A stretch of DNA of 64,000 bases from Ascoidea asiatica JCM 7603 (taxonomy: Eukaryota > Fungi > Ascomycota), in contig BCKQ01000004.1 in NCBI GenBank assembly GCA_001600695.1, positions 947,513 through 1,011,512 of the forward strand. Reading direction: 5' to 3'. Below the pieces are notes generated by a model that searched no databases, was not told the origin of the DNA, and saw only the letters and a program-made list of their open reading frames with translations. A program made the position numbers and the translations under genes. Below, piece by piece: positions 30,922 through 42,109 of this stretch (position 1 is the first letter of the stretch; the number at the start of each line of letters is the position of its first letter).

Positions 30922-32820
30922 ATGATGAAGGTTCTTTGCGTAGCGGAAAAGAATACAATTTCAAAAGCAGTTGCAGGAATTCTTTCTGGAGGTCGAAGCA
31001 GAATGAGAAACACTAGTGTTAACACTGTGAAGAATTACGATTTTTCTTTTGATTTCAAAGATGGTAATGGGTCTGTAGATGTTACAATGACTGCTGTGAG
31101 TGGTCATTTATATCAAAATGATTTCTCTCCAAGATATTCCAATTGGCGAGAGGTGAATCCATCTGAGTTATTTGAAGCTCCAGTGATTGAGAAAGCTGGT
31201 GACACTAGAAGTAAAAACATTATAAAGAATCTAATGCAAGAGAGTCAAAGAGCTAATAAATTAATAATATGGACAGATTGTGATAGGGAGGGTGAATATA
31301 TTGGTTTTGAGATTCTAAAAGCAATTAAAACGAGTAATAATTATTTCAATTTAGATAATGTTGAACGAGCTCAATTTTCTCATCTTGAAAGAAATCATAT
31401 TGTTAGAGCTGCAACAAATTTAATAAAATTAGATAAAAATGCAATTGATGCTGTAAGAACAAGAATGGAACTTGATTTAAGAACAGGAGCTGCTTTTACA
31501 AGATTTTTATCAATGGGATTCCAAGATAAATTTAATGATATTAAACAAAGTAAAAAAATTATATCTTATGGTTCTTGTCAATTTCCAACTTTAGGTTTTG
31601 TTGTAAATAGATATAAAAGAGTTCAATCTTTTATTAAAGAAAAATTTTGGTTTTTAGATTTAACAATAAAAAATGGTACAAATTTACATTCTTTTACTTG
31701 GTCAAGAGGTCATATATTCGATAAATTATTTGTAACTCTAATTTTAGAAAATTGTATAAATGCAAAACAAGATGGGAAAATTACTAATGTAATCAAAAAA
31801 CCAACTTTAAATAGAAAACCGTTACCTTTAACAACTGTTGAATTACAAAAAAAATGTGCAAAGCTTTTTAAATATGGTGCAAAAGAAACTTTACAAGCTG
31901 CAGAAAGTTTATATACAAAAGGTTTTATTTCATATCCAAGAACAGAAACTGATTCATTTCCAAAAAAAATGGATTTGAAAGAATTTATTAAAAAACAATA
32001 TGAAAGTGATCAATGGGGTAATTATGCAAGAGAGTTACTTGAAAATAATAAATTTAATCAACCAAGACAAGGTAGACATAATGATGAAGCGCATCCTCCA
32101 ATTCATCCTGCAAATTTTGTTAATATTAATGCAACTAATACAGTTTTAAATGCTAAAGAACAAAAAATTTATGAATATGTTGTAAGACATTTTTTAGCAT
32201 GCTGTTCAAATGATGCAATTGGAGATTTAACAACAATTGAATTAAAATGGGTAACAGAAACTTTCACTGCGAATGCATTAGTTGTTAAAGAATTAAATTA
32301 TTTAGAAATTTATACATATTCAAATTGGAGTTCAAGTGCTAACATTTTGCCAGATTATAAAATTGGTGATAATATACCAATTTATAAATGTAATATTAAA
32401 GAAGGTATAACATCACCACCAAATTATCTAACAGAATCTGAATTAATTTCATTAATGGATCTTAATGGAATTGGCACAGATGCAACAATTGCAGAACATA
32501 TAGAAACTATATTAAAGAGAGAATATATAAGTAAAAAAAAAAAAAAAAATCAAACAATTTTATTACCAGAAGAAATTGGAATGGCTTTAGTACAAGGATT
32601 TGAAAAAATAAATTTTAGTAATAATATGTGCTTATCAAAACCATTTTTAAGAAAAAATTTAGAAATTGAATTGAAAGAAATTTGTGAAGGTAAAAAAACA
32701 AAAGAAGAAGTTTTAGGTGAAATGATAAATTTATACAGGGAAGCATATCTTTTAAGTAATAGGAATAAAAATACATTATTTCAAGCATATAAAGATGTTC
32801 AAGAAGAAAATAGAGCATGA
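30922..32820 (+). CDS. TOP3: DNA topoisomerase III
   Basis: VLCVAEK, WTDCDREGE, ISYGSCQFPTLGFVV, catalytic ISYPRTET, AHPPIHP and GIGTDAT. Confidence 0.98.
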   Translation: MMKVLCVAEKNTISKAVAGILSGGRSRMRNTSVNTVKNYDFSFDFKDGNGSVDVTMTAVSGHLYQNDFSPRYSNWREVNPSELFEAPVIEKAGDTRSKNIIKNLMQESQRANKLIIWTDCDREGEYIGFEILKAIKTSNNYFNLDNVERAQFSHLERNHIVRAATNLIKLDKNAIDAVRTRMELDLRTGAAFTRFLSMGFQDKFNDIKQSKKIISYGSCQFPTLGFVVNRYKRVQSFIKEKFWFLDLTIKNGTNLHSFTWSRGHIFDKLFVTLILENCINAKQDGKITNVIKKPTLNRKPLPLTTVELQKKCAKLFKYGAKETLQAAESLYTKGFISYPRTETDSFPKKMDLKEFIKKQYESDQWGNYARELLENNKFNQPRQGRHNDEAHPPIHPANFVNINATNTVLNAKEQKIYEYVVRHFLACCSNDAIGDLTTIELKWVTETFTANALVVKELNYLEIYTYSNWSSSANILPDYKIGDNIPIYKCNIKEGITSPPNYLTESELISLMDLNGIGTDATIAEHIETILKREYISKKKKKNQTILLPEEIGMALVQGFEKINFSNNMCLSKPFLRKNLEIELKEICEGKKTKEEVLGEMINLYREAYLLSNRNKNTLFQAYKDVQEENRA

Positions 32821-32834
32821 AAGTAATAAAGTCA

Positions 32835-34265
32835 TTAAGCTATTAGATCTAAAAGATCTTCATAAACTTTTGAAACTTCATATTTATAATCAGTTATATT
32901 ATATTTATCTCTTAAATTAAAAATTATTGGTCTTGTAGTTTCTGCAATTGATCTTAATCTAATTTTTTCAGTATTTGAAAAACAATTAAATTTATCAATT
33001 AAAATTGTAAATTTATTATTTAAAGAATTTAATAATTTCAAAATTATTAATAAAGTTTCTTTATTAAAATTAAATCTATCATTAAAATTTAAATAATCAA
33101 TTAATTCACCAGAAGCTTTTAATAAATATTGAGGTTGATTTAATTTTTTACTATCTTTAAGAATATTAAAATTTTTATCAATAGATAACTCAATTGAATT
33201 GAAAATAAAATTAATTAATGAATTAAAATCTATTAATAAATCATTTAATGAATTATATGGTTCTATTGGTTTTTCATATAGTTTTATAGTTTTATCCTCG
33301 TTTTTGCTCGTTTTATCATTATTATTGATTATATTTTCATTTGAAGTTAATTTTTTAGAAATTGGTGAAGATATTGAAGATTCAGTTTTAAAAGATTGAA
33401 AATATTTTCTTTGAATTATTGAGAATTTTTTATCAAATATATTTATTAATTTAATTTCTTGATCTCTAGTCAATTTTTTATTGCTTTTGTTTTCATTTTT
33501 GTTGTTATTATTGGTAGCATTGTCAGATATTTTTTTTTTAAATTTCAATAAAATTTCATCATATGAATTATTTTTATTTTGAAACAGAAGATTAGTATCT
33601 ATATTCAAAAAAGAATCACAAGGTTTGAATTCTTCTATTTCTTCAGGGTCAATATTTATTGGTTCGTTTTCTTTTTCTTGTTCTTGTTGTCCATTTGATA
33701 TCTGAGGATTGATATTTTTATTTATTTTTGAATAATCTATGGAGATTTCTGAATCCATATCAATATCTGAATCTAAATCTGATTCTAATGCTACTTGATT
33801 ATCATCTTTTATGAAACTACCATATGTATCATTGAATTTCTTTAGATTATTGATACTATTATCTTTACTATCTTTTAAAAGATCTTCAAAGTCATCATCA
33901 TCTTCATCGTCATCTTCATCATCATCATATTCGTTTTTGTCATTGTTAATGTGATCAGTACCATTAACAATATAATCGCCGGAATCATCTAATTGAAATA
34001 TTGTCTTCTTTTGAGAAGTGGGTCGATAATCATTATCAGATTTTTTATCATATTGACTTTCATCATCAGATAAATCTGGATTTAGATCTAAATTGAAATG
34101 TAAGTTGATCTTATCTTGAGTTGAATTATTTATAAAGAATCCCGAAGAAAGTTCTTCATTTGCCTTTGGGTGTAATGGAGTTCCTGGAGTTGGAGGTATT
34201 TCTCTGGTGAGGATAATATTACTATTGTTGTTACTATTGCTATTATTGTTGTTATTGGGAATCAT
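32835..34265 (-). CDS. TFB6: Tfb6-like protein (TFIIH/Ssl2-associated factor)
   Basis: Acidic low-complexity N-terminal half; C-terminal TEKIRLRSIAETTR...YEVSKVYEDLL matches my recollection of the TFB6 family signature. Confidence 0.7.
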   Translation of the reverse strand: MIPNNNNNSNSNNNSNIILTREIPPTPGTPLHPKANEELSSGFFINNSTQDKINLHFNLDLNPDLSDDESQYDKKSDNDYRPTSQKKTIFQLDDSGDYIVNGTDHINNDKNEYDDDEDDDEDDDDFEDLLKDSKDNSINNLKKFNDTYGSFIKDDNQVALESDLDSDIDMDSEISIDYSKINKNINPQISNGQQEQEKENEPINIDPEEIEEFKPCDSFLNIDTNLLFQNKNNSYDEILLKFKKKISDNATNNNNKNENKSNKKLTRDQEIKLINIFDKKFSIIQRKYFQSFKTESSISSPISKKLTSNENIINNNDKTSKNEDKTIKLYEKPIEPYNSLNDLLIDFNSLINFIFNSIELSIDKNFNILKDSKKLNQPQYLLKASGELIDYLNFNDRFNFNKETLLIILKLLNSLNNKFTILIDKFNCFSNTEKIRLRSIAETTRPIIFNLRDKYNITDYKYEVSKVYEDLLDLIA

Positions 34266-34698
34266 TGTCAGTTATTGTTGATGAATGTTTGTTATTATTA
34301 AGGGGTTGGTTTTTAGTGTTTTATTTACTCGTATGAATAATAATTTCGAGAATGATTGTTTTGTTTACTCCATACCCATGAAAAGAAGCAAAAGAAGCAA
34401 AATAAGCAAAGCAAGAACCAAAACAACCCCAGGCACTTCCGCTGCAATGACCCCAGATCTTGATTCCGGTCATAAATTGCCTTTTACAGCCTATTACGGA
34501 AAAGCAGTTCACTCATAAAGCTAATTACGGTCAGCTGACTGCCTGATTTGTCAGCCGCTGAGCAGAAAAGAGCAATTGAATACAATCAGATCAAATAAAT
34601 ATAATCAATCTTTCATTATTCTTGAGATAATCATTTTGTTTTGATTTTATTTGTTTGTTTTCAATCATATTCCATGTAACTTATTGGAATTATTAGTT

Positions 34699-37212
34699 AT
34701 GTCAATAGCAACTCCTCATAATCCTTTCAAAGACATAGATGATAAAATAGATGATCCTGAATTAGAGGATGCTTTCACCGAGGGAAGTAGTTCAGATTCA
34801 GATTATGATGACACTAATATAGGAAATTTAAATAATTCAAATCAAAGTCATTTAACTCCAATAACTACAATAGATTCAGATTTAAGTAAAGATCAAATTT
34901 TAAATCAAAATGAAGATCAAGATTTTGATAAATATAAAAATGATGGTTTACATTCAATTTTTAAAGAAAATGATTTTTCAAAATTAAATTTAAAAAAAGA
35001 TCATTATTCACGTCCATTATGGATTGCAGGTAAACAAATCATTTTAGAAAGTTTTAGTCCATTAGCAGAACAAGCTCAAGATTTTTTAATAACAATTGCA
35101 GAACCTGTAAGTAGACCTGCTCATATTCATGAATATAGAATTACAACATATTCCTTATATGCCGCAGTTTCTGTTGGTTTAGAAACTTCAGATATATTAT
35201 CTGTATTAGAAAGATTATCAAAAGTTCCATTATCCGAATCAACAATAAATTTTATTAAAATTTCAACAATTTCATATGGTAAAATTAAATTAGTTCTTAA
35301 AGAAAATAGATATTATCTTGAAAGTTCTCAACCTGATATTATTCAAATGTTATTAAAAGATGCTGTAATTGGTACAACTAGAATTCAAAATTCTGGTATT
35401 ATTAATAAAACAAGTGATGGTATAATAAAAGATACAAAAAATACTTCTGATATTACTAATATTAATGATAAAGATAAAAATAAACAAGAAAATATTGATA
35501 TTGAAAAAGAAAAAGAAATTGAAGAGGATACAGATGATTTATTTACTGCAATTGATGAAGATAAAGATGATGAAGATTTAGATGCTGTACATTCCTTTGA
35601 AATTGAAAGAGAATCTGTTGAAAAAGTTAAAGAAAGATGTCAAGCTTTAAATTATCCTTTATTAGAAGAATATGATTTCAAATTTGATACAAATAATCCT
35701 GATTTAGATATGGATTTACGTCCTTCAACAAAAGTTAGACCATATCAAGAAAAATCTTTAAGTAAAATGTTTGGTAATGGTAGAGCAAGATCTGGAATTA
35801 TAGTTTTACCATGTGGTGCAGGTAAAACTTTAGTTGGTATAACTGCCGCTTGTACTATAAGAAAATCAACAATTGTTTTATGTACATCTTCAGTTTCTGT
35901 AATGCAATGGAAAAATGAGTTTTTAAAATGGAGTACTATAAGTCCAGAATCTGTTGCAGTTTTTACATCAGATAATAAAGAAATGTTCACAACAGAATCT
36001 GGGTTAATTGTTTCAACATATTCGATGATTTCAAAAACTAATAGTAGGTCTCATGATTCTCAAAAAGTTATTGATTTTTTAAAAGGTAGAGAATGGGGTT
36101 TTTTAATTTTAGATGAAGTTCATGTTGTACCTGCAATGATGTTCAGAAGAGTTATTACAACAATTTCTGCTCATGCAAAATTAGGTTTAACAGCAACTTT
36201 AGTTAGAGAAGATGATAAAATTAGTGATTTAAATTTTTTAATTGGACCAAAATTATATGAAGCAAATTGGATGGAATTAGCTCAAAAAGGTCATATTGCT
36301 AAAGTTCAATGTGCAGAAGTTTGGTGTCCAATGACAGCAGAATTTTATTCAGAATATATTAATTCACCTGCGAGAAAAAAAATGTTATTATATATTATGA
36401 ATCCAACAAAATTTCAAGCTGCACAATTTTTAATAAGTTATCATGAACAAAGAGGTGATAAAATTATTGTATTTTCTGATAATGTTTATGCATTAGTTGA
36501 ATATGCTTTAAAATTAAATAGACCATTTATTTGTGGAGAAACTCCACAGCAAGAAAGAATGAAAATTCTAAAAAATTTTCAATATAATGATCAAGTTAAT
36601 ACAATTTTTTTATCAAAAGTTGGTGATACATCAATTGATTTACCTGAAGCAACATGTTTGATTCAAATTTCATCACATTATGGATCAAGAAGACAAGAAG
36701 CTCAAAGATTAGGTCGTATTTTAAGAGCCAAAAGAAGAAATGATGAAGGTTTTAATGCATTTTTTTATTCATTAGTTTCAAAAGATACACAAGAAATGTA
36801 TTATTCATCAAAAAGACAAGCATTTTTAGTAGATCAAGGTTATGCTTTCAAAGTTATTACACATTTAAATGGATTAGAAAATTTTCCAAGTTTAGCATAT
36901 ACATTACCTTCAGAAAGAAGAGAATTATTACAAAAAGTTTTATTAAAAGAAGAAAATGCAGCAAGTATTGAAGCAGGGGATGATGCAGATAATTTTGTTG
37001 GAAGAGGTACTAAGATGGCACCTGGTAAAAAAAGAAAATTTCAAGGTTCAAATTTTGGTAGAACTAAAGTTCAAAGAGCTACAGGTTCAATTGCAGGTTT
37101 TGCAGGTGGTGAAGATATGGCATATGTTGAATATTCTGGTAATAAAAATAAAGAATTAAGGGAACATAATCCACTTATACAGAAATTGTATTATTCTAAA
37201 AAGAAGAAATAA
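34699..37212 (+). CDS. SSL2: TFIIH translocase XPB; start moved to the first ATG (34699)
   Basis: [39 protein letters not shown] and [21 protein letters not shown]. Confidence 0.98.
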   Translation: MSIATPHNPFKDIDDKIDDPELEDAFTEGSSSDSDYDDTNIGNLNNSNQSHLTPITTIDSDLSKDQILNQNEDQDFDKYKNDGLHSIFKENDFSKLNLKKDHYSRPLWIAGKQIILESFSPLAEQAQDFLITIAEPVSRPAHIHEYRITTYSLYAAVSVGLETSDILSVLERLSKVPLSESTINFIKISTISYGKIKLVLKENRYYLESSQPDIIQMLLKDAVIGTTRIQNSGIINKTSDGIIKDTKNTSDITNINDKDKNKQENIDIEKEKEIEEDTDDLFTAIDEDKDDEDLDAVHSFEIERESVEKVKERCQALNYPLLEEYDFKFDTNNPDLDMDLRPSTKVRPYQEKSLSKMFGNGRARSGIIVLPCGAGKTLVGITAACTIRKSTIVLCTSSVSVMQWKNEFLKWSTISPESVAVFTSDNKEMFTTESGLIVSTYSMISKTNSRSHDSQKVIDFLKGREWGFLILDEVHVVPAMMFRRVITTISAHAKLGLTATLVREDDKISDLNFLIGPKLYEANWMELAQKGHIAKVQCAEVWCPMTAEFYSEYINSPARKKMLLYIMNPTKFQAAQFLISYHEQRGDKIIVFSDNVYALVEYALKLNRPFICGETPQQERMKILKNFQYNDQVNTIFLSKVGDTSIDLPEATCLIQISSHYGSRRQEAQRLGRILRAKRRNDEGFNAFFYSLVSKDTQEMYYSSKRQAFLVDQGYAFKVITHLNGLENFPSLAYTLPSERRELLQKVLLKEENAASIEAGDDADNFVGRGTKMAPGKKRKFQGSNFGRTKVQRATGSIAGFAGGEDMAYVEYSGNKNKELREHNPLIQKLYYSKKKK

Positions 37213-38235
37213 ATGGTTTTGTATTACATTGGGCAATTTTTAAAAATACGGGGTTGTCATTATCAATATCTTGGTTGTATTTTTTTAGTTTTATCTCAGG
37301 TACAAGCCTCTTTTAAAAACTCTCGACATATATAAATTTTCAAGGGACAGAATGAAATAACTGATAATATAAGTTTCATATATTTTATATTCTCTTCTTA
37401 TTTTTTATACACTTTATACACACTTTATACTATAATAATAATAATAATATTAACACTAACACAAAATGAAACTAACGTTACTGTAGAGCAAAAACCGAGG
37501 TGAGATTTCCGGGCCCTCTTTAAATCGCAAAAATATGTTCCAAGAAACTGGCTTCGTTGGCTTAAATAGCTGAATAATCAAAAAATTGATCAAAAAATTT
37601 AAATAAAAGAAGAAGAAACCAAAAAAAAAAAAAAGCAAGTAACCATAATTCAAATAATTTGCACCTCACCATTAAAGAAAAATTTAATTTGCACTGTTTT
37701 TGTAACTCCAATTCTCTGTTTTCAAGTTCTTATTCGCAATACTTTCATGATTTGTTCAATTATTGATGGTATTCTGGAGTGCCTTATTCGGATTATCTCC
37801 GCAACTCGTTTAGCGTCAAGCCGGTATTAACTCCGCATTCCGTTTCTGAAAAAAAAAGTCGAAATTTTCAGAAATTTTTGAATTTTACAAAAAGTTTTAT
37901 AAAATTTACTGTGTTTTTTAGAAGAAACATGCTAAAACTTTTGGTGAGTTACAAGTCGAAATTGCTCGAATAAGAGCTGGAAAACAATCTCTGTTCATTC
38001 TTTTTTTTTCTGGTTTCTTCATTTTCTTATAAATTTTTCTTTGTTAATTGTTATCGTTATCTCCACCAAGCGGATTTAATCAAAATTCAAGACTTCTTTT
38101 TTTATTGCTAAATTTATATTAGAAATATAAAATAAATAAAAGATTTAATTTATATAAAGCATGAGAAATAGCTCTTTAATTTTTTAATCAAATCATGATT
38201 TTTTGATTATTATTAAAGATACAAAGTTTTTCAAA

Positions 38236-39798
38236 ATGAATCAAGAAGAAATTGTAATGAAAAAGGAAGATTTTTCAAATAATTTAACAATTGAAAATAA
38301 TTATTCAAGTAATGAACAAAATCTGATTGAAAGAAATCAAGAAACTAATTTACAAGATGTTTATTTGCCAATTGATTTAGAAAAAAATCTAGAAAATGAT
38401 AATGATGATAATAATAATAATAATATTGTAAATAGTAGAGATTTAAAAAATGAGAAAATGAATGAATTTGAAGTACCTGATGGAGGTTATGGTTGGTTTA
38501 TAGTTTTAGCTTTTCATTTGATATCATTTTGTACTTGGGGTTGTAATAGTGGATTTGCAATTTTTTTAGCTTATTATTTGAATAATGATATTTTCAAAAA
38601 TTCTTCAAAATTAGATTTTGCTGCAATTGGTGGTTTAGCTTTTGGAGCAGGAGTAATTTTAGCACCTTTTATAACATATCTTTCAACTAGATATGGTTTT
38701 AAAATTATTATTACAATTGGTTGTATAATTGAATTTATTGCAATGATGTTAGCTAGTTTTGCAAGTCATAATCATATTTGGCAATTATATTTAACTCAAG
38801 GTCTTTTACAAGGTTATGGTTTAGCTTTTACTTATGTTCCTGCAAGTGTTATAATACCACAATGGTTTAAAAAAAGAAGAACTCTAGCAAATGGTCTTGC
38901 TGCAAGTGGTTCTGGTACTGGTGGTATATATTTTGCATTAACTGGTGGTAAAATTTTAGATACTTTAGGTGTTAGATGGGCTCAAAGAATTCAAGCTATA
39001 GTTTGTTTTGCTTTAACTTTAATTGCAATTCTTTTGTTAAAAGATAGATCAAAAAAAATTAAACCTGAGATTAAAATTATTGATAAACAAGTTTTATTCT
39101 CAAAATCTTTTTGGTTATCTATTTTTTGGGTATCTTCAACAATTCTTTCATATGTTGTTGTTCAATATAGTATTAGTGATTTTACTGAAATTTTAGGTTA
39201 TTCAAATTATCAAGGTTCAATTTCTTCAACAATGATTGGTGTTGGAGCTTTATTTTTTAGACCATTCTTAGGTCATCTTGGTGATATTTTTGGTTCAATT
39301 ACAACTGGAATTTTTGTTTATTTAATATGTTCAATTTTATGTTTTACTTTATGGATTTTAGGTAAAAATTATGCAAGTGCTTTAATGCTTGGATTATTTG
39401 TTGGTGGTTTAATGGGATTTATATGGCCTGCTTTAGGTTCAATAATTCCTAGAGTTGTGGGTTTAAAAAAATTAAATGTTGTATTTGGTATGGTTTGGTT
39501 ATTTATTGGTGGTATTGGAATAATTTCACCTGTAATTGGAGTTGAATTAAAAGGTGCAGTCAATCAATCAAATAATTTCATTAATCACAATGCTTATTTA
39601 CATCCTGCAATTTTTGCTGGATCATTTTTTCTTGCAGCTTCTTTTTCTTTATTTGTTTTAAGAGCTTATGTAATTGCAAGAGAAACTTTAGCTGAAAAAG
39701 TTGTTGATTCAGATTTAGGTAATGAAGCATTTATCAAAGTTCCTTGGATTTTGATATTTAAAAATCTATTTACTATCAAAACTTCATCATTAATTTAA
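38236..39798 (+). CDS. MFS monocarboxylate-transporter family protein (Mch/Esbp6-like); start moved to the first ATG (38236)
   Basis: PDGGYGWFIV, WQLYLTQG, IPQWFKKRRTLANG and about 12 TM segments. Confidence 0.9.
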   Translation: MNQEEIVMKKEDFSNNLTIENNYSSNEQNLIERNQETNLQDVYLPIDLEKNLENDNDDNNNNNIVNSRDLKNEKMNEFEVPDGGYGWFIVLAFHLISFCTWGCNSGFAIFLAYYLNNDIFKNSSKLDFAAIGGLAFGAGVILAPFITYLSTRYGFKIIITIGCIIEFIAMMLASFASHNHIWQLYLTQGLLQGYGLAFTYVPASVIIPQWFKKRRTLANGLAASGSGTGGIYFALTGGKILDTLGVRWAQRIQAIVCFALTLIAILLLKDRSKKIKPEIKIIDKQVLFSKSFWLSIFWVSSTILSYVVVQYSISDFTEILGYSNYQGSISSTMIGVGALFFRPFLGHLGDIFGSITTGIFVYLICSILCFTLWILGKNYASALMLGLFVGGLMGFIWPALGSIIPRVVGLKKLNVVFGMVWLFIGGIGIISPVIGVELKGAVNQSNNFINHNAYLHPAIFAGSFFLAASFSLFVLRAYVIARETLAEKVVDSDLGNEAFIKVPWILIFKNLFTIKTSSLI

Positions 39799-42109
39799 TT
39801 CAAACATTTATATTCTTTAACATTCTTTGAAATGTTCTGTTTTTGGAGGTATTTTTCATACATAATATTTATATTCTTGAAATGGCTTTTAAACTCCTAC
39901 CACTTTTATTACTAGTCACCTGACTGATATTTTTTATATGCCGAATTGTATGAAAATAATCTATTATTTGCCGAAATTCGAAAATAAACAAACCCCCAAA
40001 CTGCAGTGCTTTAGTAATAAATTCGTAGTAATTCATAACTATATCAAAGATTATAAGCAATTTACACTTATTTCTTCAGATCTGATTGAAAATCATACTT
40101 CTATAGAATAGGCATGTTTAAAAAAACAAACCAAAAATTTCAAAGCAATGAAAAAGAGCATTCAATGAAGAAAATTTCTAAAAAAATCAATGAAGAAAGA
40201 GTTCAATAATAAACAAAAAATAGTATAATAGATTAAATAATTTTATTTTGTTTAAAAATTTGCAATTTGTGAAATTTCAAAATAATTCGTAGAATCGCTA
40301 ACAGTATCAACAGGTACTAATTTTAGTATCCCAAAACTTATTGGAAAAACATAAAATAATATAATTATTTTTGAGTCTTTTTAAAAGCATTAGTAGTTAA
40401 TTGTCTAAAATTTTCAAAAATGTGAAGGTAGTAAGCCTAAAAGGTTGTTCTTTTTCTTTTCAATTTCTTAATCATAAACACAACGGAAGTATTGCTGTGG
40501 AATGAAAAATGTTCAAAATTGTTTTTCTACTTCAAAAAAAAAGGAAATTTTAATTAAATGAATCCATATTTTAAAATTTTTTTTTCCTACTACTGATTTT
40601 AATCACTATTCAAGACCATCAGATATAATTTCAATCACAATTGAATCTTTCAGTTTCCATACCCATTGAGTGTTTTCCGATTTCATTGATTTTCATGAAA
40701 AAGAATTGAAAAAAAAATTAGATAAAAATCAATCGGTAAATATTTCAAAAAAAAACACAAATGAGTAACCAAAAATTCAGTTAGAGTAAAGAAAAGTAAA
40801 TTCACTGATATTTGTAATTCCCTTCAATGATATCGGATCTTTTGAAAGAGCCACTTATACACGCTGACATTTTCTTCTATAAATTCAAATATTTACATCT
40901 GTTGCAGAAATAACAAAAGGATGTTTTGTTGGGGACAATGAAAATATATCTGGAGAAGCCTTGAAAAAAAGAACCTTTTCTTATAATATCTGAGCTCATT
41001 TGAAGGAACTGACATGCTGATTTATCTCCTTTAATAAATAACTAGGATTATTTGTTAAAATTTTGTTAGTTTGATATTTTGCTTAATTTCCACCCAATTA
41101 ATTCCTTATTGACAATTTTCATTCCACAATAAGTTTTCTGAAAATCCAATTATTTCATATTTACTTAAAAACAGTATATAGAAAAAAATAATAAAAAAAG
41201 ATTAATCACATTTTACTTACTCTACTATAAAACATGTAAACAAAAATTTTTTCTCCAGTAATTTCACTGAGTGATTGATTCATTTGTAATAAACATTGTC
41301 TAATAATAATATTGAAATGCTGATAAGAGGAAGATTTAATGGAAAGAAATAGTGGTTCTGCGCGCTTTTTCTAGTCGAGTGTATTTTGAAATTGTGTGTA
41401 TTTACGATTCCATGTCTATTGTTTTGTTTGTTTACAGTATTCCTGATTTGGCGGTTCTGAAGACGAGCAAATCCGGTTAGTGTTGACGCGTACGGAGACT
41501 GAGTTAATTGAATCCTGGTTTAGGAGTCATGGTTTGAAATTCATGGGTTGTTGAAGAAAGAAGATGAATTTTGGGTCTCTGGAACTAAAGAAGGTTTAAA
41601 ATTATTAAAAATTATTAACTTAACCTGGTAAATTACTTTCAAAAAATATACAAATTTCATTTAAGCATTAAGTCAAATTAAGCTAATTTCAATAATATTG
41701 TCAATTTATAAAAATTGGGAACAAGGAATAGAAATAATTAAAAAGAATCCAAAGAAATCAAAGGAATTAAAAGAATTGGTTACTTTAGGATAATTGAAAT
41801 TTCAAATAATAAATATTATTATTCAGACTGGTAACGTAATATTTTATTCAATAGATTCTCTATTAAATATTTAAACAATACTTGTGATAATTAATTATCA
41901 ATTGGTTATTTTTAAAGCTGACCTTGTTCTTTTATTCATTTACTTTAGTATATCTGTAACAAAATTTCACTTTAAATTTTTAGTTTCTCAAAAAGATACA
42001 ATTTTATTTTATTTCATAAATTATTATATTTTAAAAAATTACTCAATTTTTCAATCATTTAATAATCAGTTAATTTTAAATTTTCAAATAAATCAAATTT
42101 AAATTCAAG

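Noticed and set aside
34651-34698. Upstream TTG starts in the ORF track (also at 38203 and 53518)
   Set aside because: Eukaryotic genes; the first in-frame ATGs (34699, 38236, 53524) were used instead.
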